From a virus, in IMG/VR virus record IMGVR_UViG_3300000969_000002, positions 1-45,901 of that record: DNA of 45,901 nt. The stretch is one strand, 5' to 3'. Position 1 is the first letter of the stretch, and every line of letters begins with the position of its first letter. A model generated the notes under the pieces. It searched no databases. It was not told the origin of the DNA and was given only the letters and a program-made list of their open reading frames with translations. Both the position numbers and the translations under genes were made by a program. Shown here in pieces: positions 43,399 through 45,901 of the stretch.

Positions 43399-43623
43399 AT
43401 GTATGTAATATTAAAAACAAATACTGATATTAAAGAAACAATGATTGCGCGTGATATTCATGATAAATATGTCTGGGACAATTACGATGCTGCTGAAAGA
43501 CGTATAAAACAATTAGCGGAAAATAACAACGATGAGAAACATACTATTATTTATAAAACGGTAGACATTGAAACCTTCATTAAAACATTAATAGCACATA
43601 ACAAAATAAAGGATATACTATGA
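43399..43623 (+). CDS. hypothetical protein (74 aa)
   Basis: ORF track; starts directly after the upstream stop. Confidence 0.6.
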   Translation: MYVILKTNTDIKETMIARDIHDKYVWDNYDAAERRIKQLAENNNDEKHTIIYKTVDIETFIKTLIAHNKIKDIL

Positions 43624-43787
43624 GCGCGATAACTGTAACTGACTTACATGACAGAGATCATGAATTTGACAACGTAACAATAACACACGATAAGCACCTA
43701 GTTATTGTAACAAACATAAAGACAAAAAATACTGTTGGTATGTTTGCTAATCCAGTAGCTGTAATAGTTGAAAGAGAGGAAGACTAA
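43620..43787 (+). CDS. hypothetical protein (55 aa)
   Basis: Not in the track. ATGA overlap upstream and TAATG overlap with the TS-like gene downstream. Confidence 0.45.
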   Translation: MSAITVTDLHDRDHEFDNVTITHDKHLVIVTNIKTKNTVGMFANPVAVIVEREED

Positions 43788-44623
43788 TGGAAAATTGGGA
43801 AAAACTACAATACGCAAAACTAATACAAAAGATTATGCACTCAGGACAGAAGCGTGAAACTCGTAATGTCTCAACTTATTCAATATTTGGGGAGTTGATT
43901 GAGATTGACATCAGTACTCACTTCCCTTTATTGAATGGGCGTAAGTTATTTTATAAACCTGTCTTAGGTGAGTTAGCAGCAATGTTAAGAGGACCTAAAC
44001 ATATAGATGACTTTAAAAAGTTTGGTTGTAACTATTGGAATAGTTGGGGGTATAAAAAAGACGCTCATGATATTAATAACGCACATGGACCAGATGAAGG
44101 GCATATAGAGGTAGATTATGGTAACGCTTGGCTTGATTTTAACGGCTTTAACCAACTTGAAGACGTGGTTAATAAATTACAAAACAATCCTGCAGATCGT
44201 AGAATTATTGTGTCTGGTTGGAGGCCTGATCGTCTTGATAAACTCAGTCTTCCTTGCTGTCATATGCTATACCAGTGGTATGTGCGAGGGGACACACTCG
44301 ATATGGTATGGTATCAGCGCTCTGTGGATACTATGGTCGGCTTACCTTCTGATATTATTCTTTGCGCTGCGTGGAATATTATATTGGCTAACCAATGCGG
44401 ATATAAGCCAGGTGTTATTAAGCTGGTATTGGGCGACACTCATATATATGATAACCATATTAACGGAACTTTAGATTATTTGCGCCAGTTAAATAACTGT
44501 GAAGAAGCTAAGGTACCTTATGAGATAGATCCTAAAGCGACAATTAGTAATTTTAGACCTGAGATGTTAACCTTAGGTGAATATCAACCCCAAGATAAGT
44601 TAGGATTTGAGTTAAATGTCTGA
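43787..44623 (+). CDS. thymidylate synthase (ThyA) family enzyme with Asp at the pyrimidine-specificity position: predicted dCMP methyl-/hydroxymethyl-transferase
   Basis: 278 aa; full-length ThyA-like. It carries RRIIVSGW, LPCCH (catalytic Cys), YQRSVD and GDTHIY. GLPSDI replaces ThyA GLPFNI, so Asn177 (E. coli numbering) is Asp. Confidence 0.85.
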   Translation: MENWEKLQYAKLIQKIMHSGQKRETRNVSTYSIFGELIEIDISTHFPLLNGRKLFYKPVLGELAAMLRGPKHIDDFKKFGCNYWNSWGYKKDAHDINNAHGPDEGHIEVDYGNAWLDFNGFNQLEDVVNKLQNNPADRRIIVSGWRPDRLDKLSLPCCHMLYQWYVRGDTLDMVWYQRSVDTMVGLPSDIILCAAWNIILANQCGYKPGVIKLVLGDTHIYDNHINGTLDYLRQLNNCEEAKVPYEIDPKATISNFRPEMLTLGEYQPQDKLGFELNV

Positions 44624-44771
44624 TAAAATATATAAAATAGAGTTTGATGGTTTTGAAGGTACTATGATCGGTTCTTACACAACTCGTGAAGGTCGAGAAG
44701 GTGTTGTACTCCAACAAACTGGAACTAAGATTGTACATGTATACGGTAAAAATCATATAGAAGGGCAATAG
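44616..44771 (+). CDS. hypothetical protein (51 aa)
   Basis: Not in the track. ATG 44616 overlaps the TS-like 3' end by 8 nt; the stop lies 1 nt before the next ATG. Confidence 0.45.
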   Translation: MSDKIYKIEFDGFEGTMIGSYTTREGREGVVLQQTGTKIVHVYGKNHIEGQ

Positions 44772-44772
44772 C

Positions 44773-45393
44773 ATGAATGATAAATTAAAAGTTATAAGTG
44801 ATGAAAAAGATGGTAGCGAGGCTACGGTGTCTGTTACAGATAGAGTTATACTATGGAATGCTAAAAGATACGAGCAAAAGTATGACTATAACTTAGCTAG
44901 TAGATTACTACTTGAAGAAACACAAGAGTTATATGACGCTAACGGTTATATTCAACAAATGGATGCTGTTGGTGATATATTCTTTGTTGCAATTGGTGTA
45001 TTCTGGAAGCTTGGTTTAAAATCTAGTACTATAAATGAAATCTTTATGTCTCAACCATTACATGATATGACTTTAGTCGAACTTCATGAATGGGCCACAC
45101 ATGTTGAATGGCGTATGTTAGAAATGATTGATGGTGAAATCGAAGGTGCTTATCCAGGTATCAAGCTTGCAACATTTGCGCCATTTATTATTGCTATGCC
45201 AATGTTACAAGCCATGGGTATGGGACACTGTATATTTGAGATTGTTAAAATCATTTGTGATAGTAATGACACTAAATCAATTGATAAAGTTGCACATGAT
45301 GTAAAAGCAAATCTTGATAAAGGTGAAGATTACAGATCACCTACTGCTGCTTTACAAGTATTATACTCAAGAGAGAAAGGGCGTATACAATGA
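44773..45393 (+). CDS. all-alpha NTP pyrophosphohydrolase (MazG / T4 gp56 dCTPase-dUTPase-like)
   Basis: 206 aa. RLLLEETQELYDA...QMDAVGDIFFVAIG is the EExxE...(E/D)xxD metal-binding helix pair of the MazG/dimeric-dUTPase superfamily. Confidence 0.6.
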   Translation: MNDKLKVISDEKDGSEATVSVTDRVILWNAKRYEQKYDYNLASRLLLEETQELYDANGYIQQMDAVGDIFFVAIGVFWKLGLKSSTINEIFMSQPLHDMTLVELHEWATHVEWRMLEMIDGEIEGAYPGIKLATFAPFIIAMPMLQAMGMGHCIFEIVKIICDSNDTKSIDKVAHDVKANLDKGEDYRSPTAALQVLYSREKGRIQ

Positions 45394-45901
45394 TAAAAAC
45401 AGTAACAGGTAGAAATCAATTACATAAATACTTAATTGAAGTTGCAGCTAAATCACCTTGTAATAAACGCAAAGTAGGCGCTGTAATGGCACGAGAAATT
45501 TTTGAAGGAGAAATAGATTATGAAATTCTTGCTGAAGGCTATAACTTTAATCCTGATGGCGGAAGTTGTGAAACTGGTGAAGGCGAAACGAAAGATGAAG
45601 TAATTCACGCTGAAGTTGCTTGTGTTAATAACTTTCAAGACACTTTAAACACCGGTGCCGAAACACCTGCAGGTACTACATTATTTGTTACCCATCCACC
45701 TTGTGATGGTTGCAAAGCAACTTTACTTAGGCATAAAATACCCTATGAAGTTATGGGTGACTTTATGAAGTTTGATAGTGATAAACCAAGACTGTCTTTA
45801 GTACCTGGTTCTTTAGTTGAAGCTGTTGGTAGAGTTGTTACATACGGAGCTAAGAAATACAAAGTTGATAACTGGAAGAAAGTACCAAGTCAAGAACGAT
45901 A
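45390..45901 (+). CDS. dCMP deaminase fused to a DUF5664-like domain, N-terminal part (continues at 1..197; 219 aa in total)
   Basis: ATGA overlap with the upstream gene. Zinc motifs VIHAEVACV and THPPCDGCK. From ~45780, KFDSDKPRLSLVPGSLVEAVGRVVTYGAKKYKVDNWKK runs through the window end. Confidence 0.85.
   Translation, partial: MIKTVTGRNQLHKYLIEVAAKSPCNKRKVGAVMAREIFEGEIDYEILAEGYNFNPDGGSCETGEGETKDEVIHAEVACVNNFQDTLNTGAETPAGTTLFVTHPPCDGCKATLLRHKIPYEVMGDFMKFDSDKPRLSLVPGSLVEAVGRVVTYGAKKYKVDNWKKVPSQER
45853..45901. repeat. second copy of the 49-bp terminal overlap (identical to 1..49)
   Basis: Exact identity read directly from the sequence. Confidence 0.95.

Noticed and set aside
44732-44743. Near-copy (TGTACATGTATA, 11/12) of the late-promoter palindrome.
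   Set aside because: It lies inside the 51-aa ORF with no -10 box at 17 bp on either side, so it is probably coincidental.
1-45901. Lysogeny module (integrase, CI/Cro-type switch, attP), transposase or other mobile element.
   Set aside because: No recombinase or transposase motifs were seen in any ORF, so the phage looks strictly virulent. The absence is based on reading by eye only.

Overview
The window is a complete, circularly closed phage genome. The unit length is 45,852 bp, because nt 1-49 are identical to nt 45853-45901. It is AT-rich and was linearised inside a gene, a dCMP deaminase fusion at 45390..45901 that continues at 1..197. There are four blocks. (i) A rightward early and DNA-metabolism arm runs 30330 -> 45901 -> 1 -> 4723. 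It holds small early genes, a prim-pol/SF3 primase-helicase, a Dda/RecD-like helicase, a T7 gp2.5-like SSB, a family A DNA polymerase, a thymidylate-synthase homologue, a MazG/gp56-like NTP pyrophosphatase, the dCMP deaminase fusion, a FEN-type exonuclease, an SF2 helicase, an ATP-dependent ligase and a VRR-NUC nuclease. (ii) A leftward late arm runs 26733 -> 4863. It holds scaffold, major capsid, adaptor and tail proteins, a low-GC RHH-like + GNAT-like insert, an SLT-domain virion protein, the portal, a 918-aa internal protein, a GH108 muramidase, two large fibre/spike proteins, a membrane/lipoprotein trio, and a holin/spanin lysis cassette. (iii) A rightward packaging operon lies at 26846..29310 (RHH-like protein, TerS, TerL), driven from a palindrome-centred divergent promoter pair. 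(iv) A ~1 kb ORF-free region (29311..30329) contains a GC island, short repeats and phased A-tracts. It is probably the site of the genome ends and/or the origin. I found no integrase or repressor, tRNA, CRISPR array or phage RNA polymerase. Transcription appears to depend on host sigma70 promoters with a conserved UP-like element. The most interesting signal is in the thymidylate-synthase homologue. It carries the Asn->Asp change known to switch this enzyme family from dUMP to dCMP, and it sits next to a dCTPase-like enzyme and a dCMP deaminase. This suggests DNA containing 5-substituted cytosine. All family assignments rest on motifs read by eye and on memory, not on database searches.
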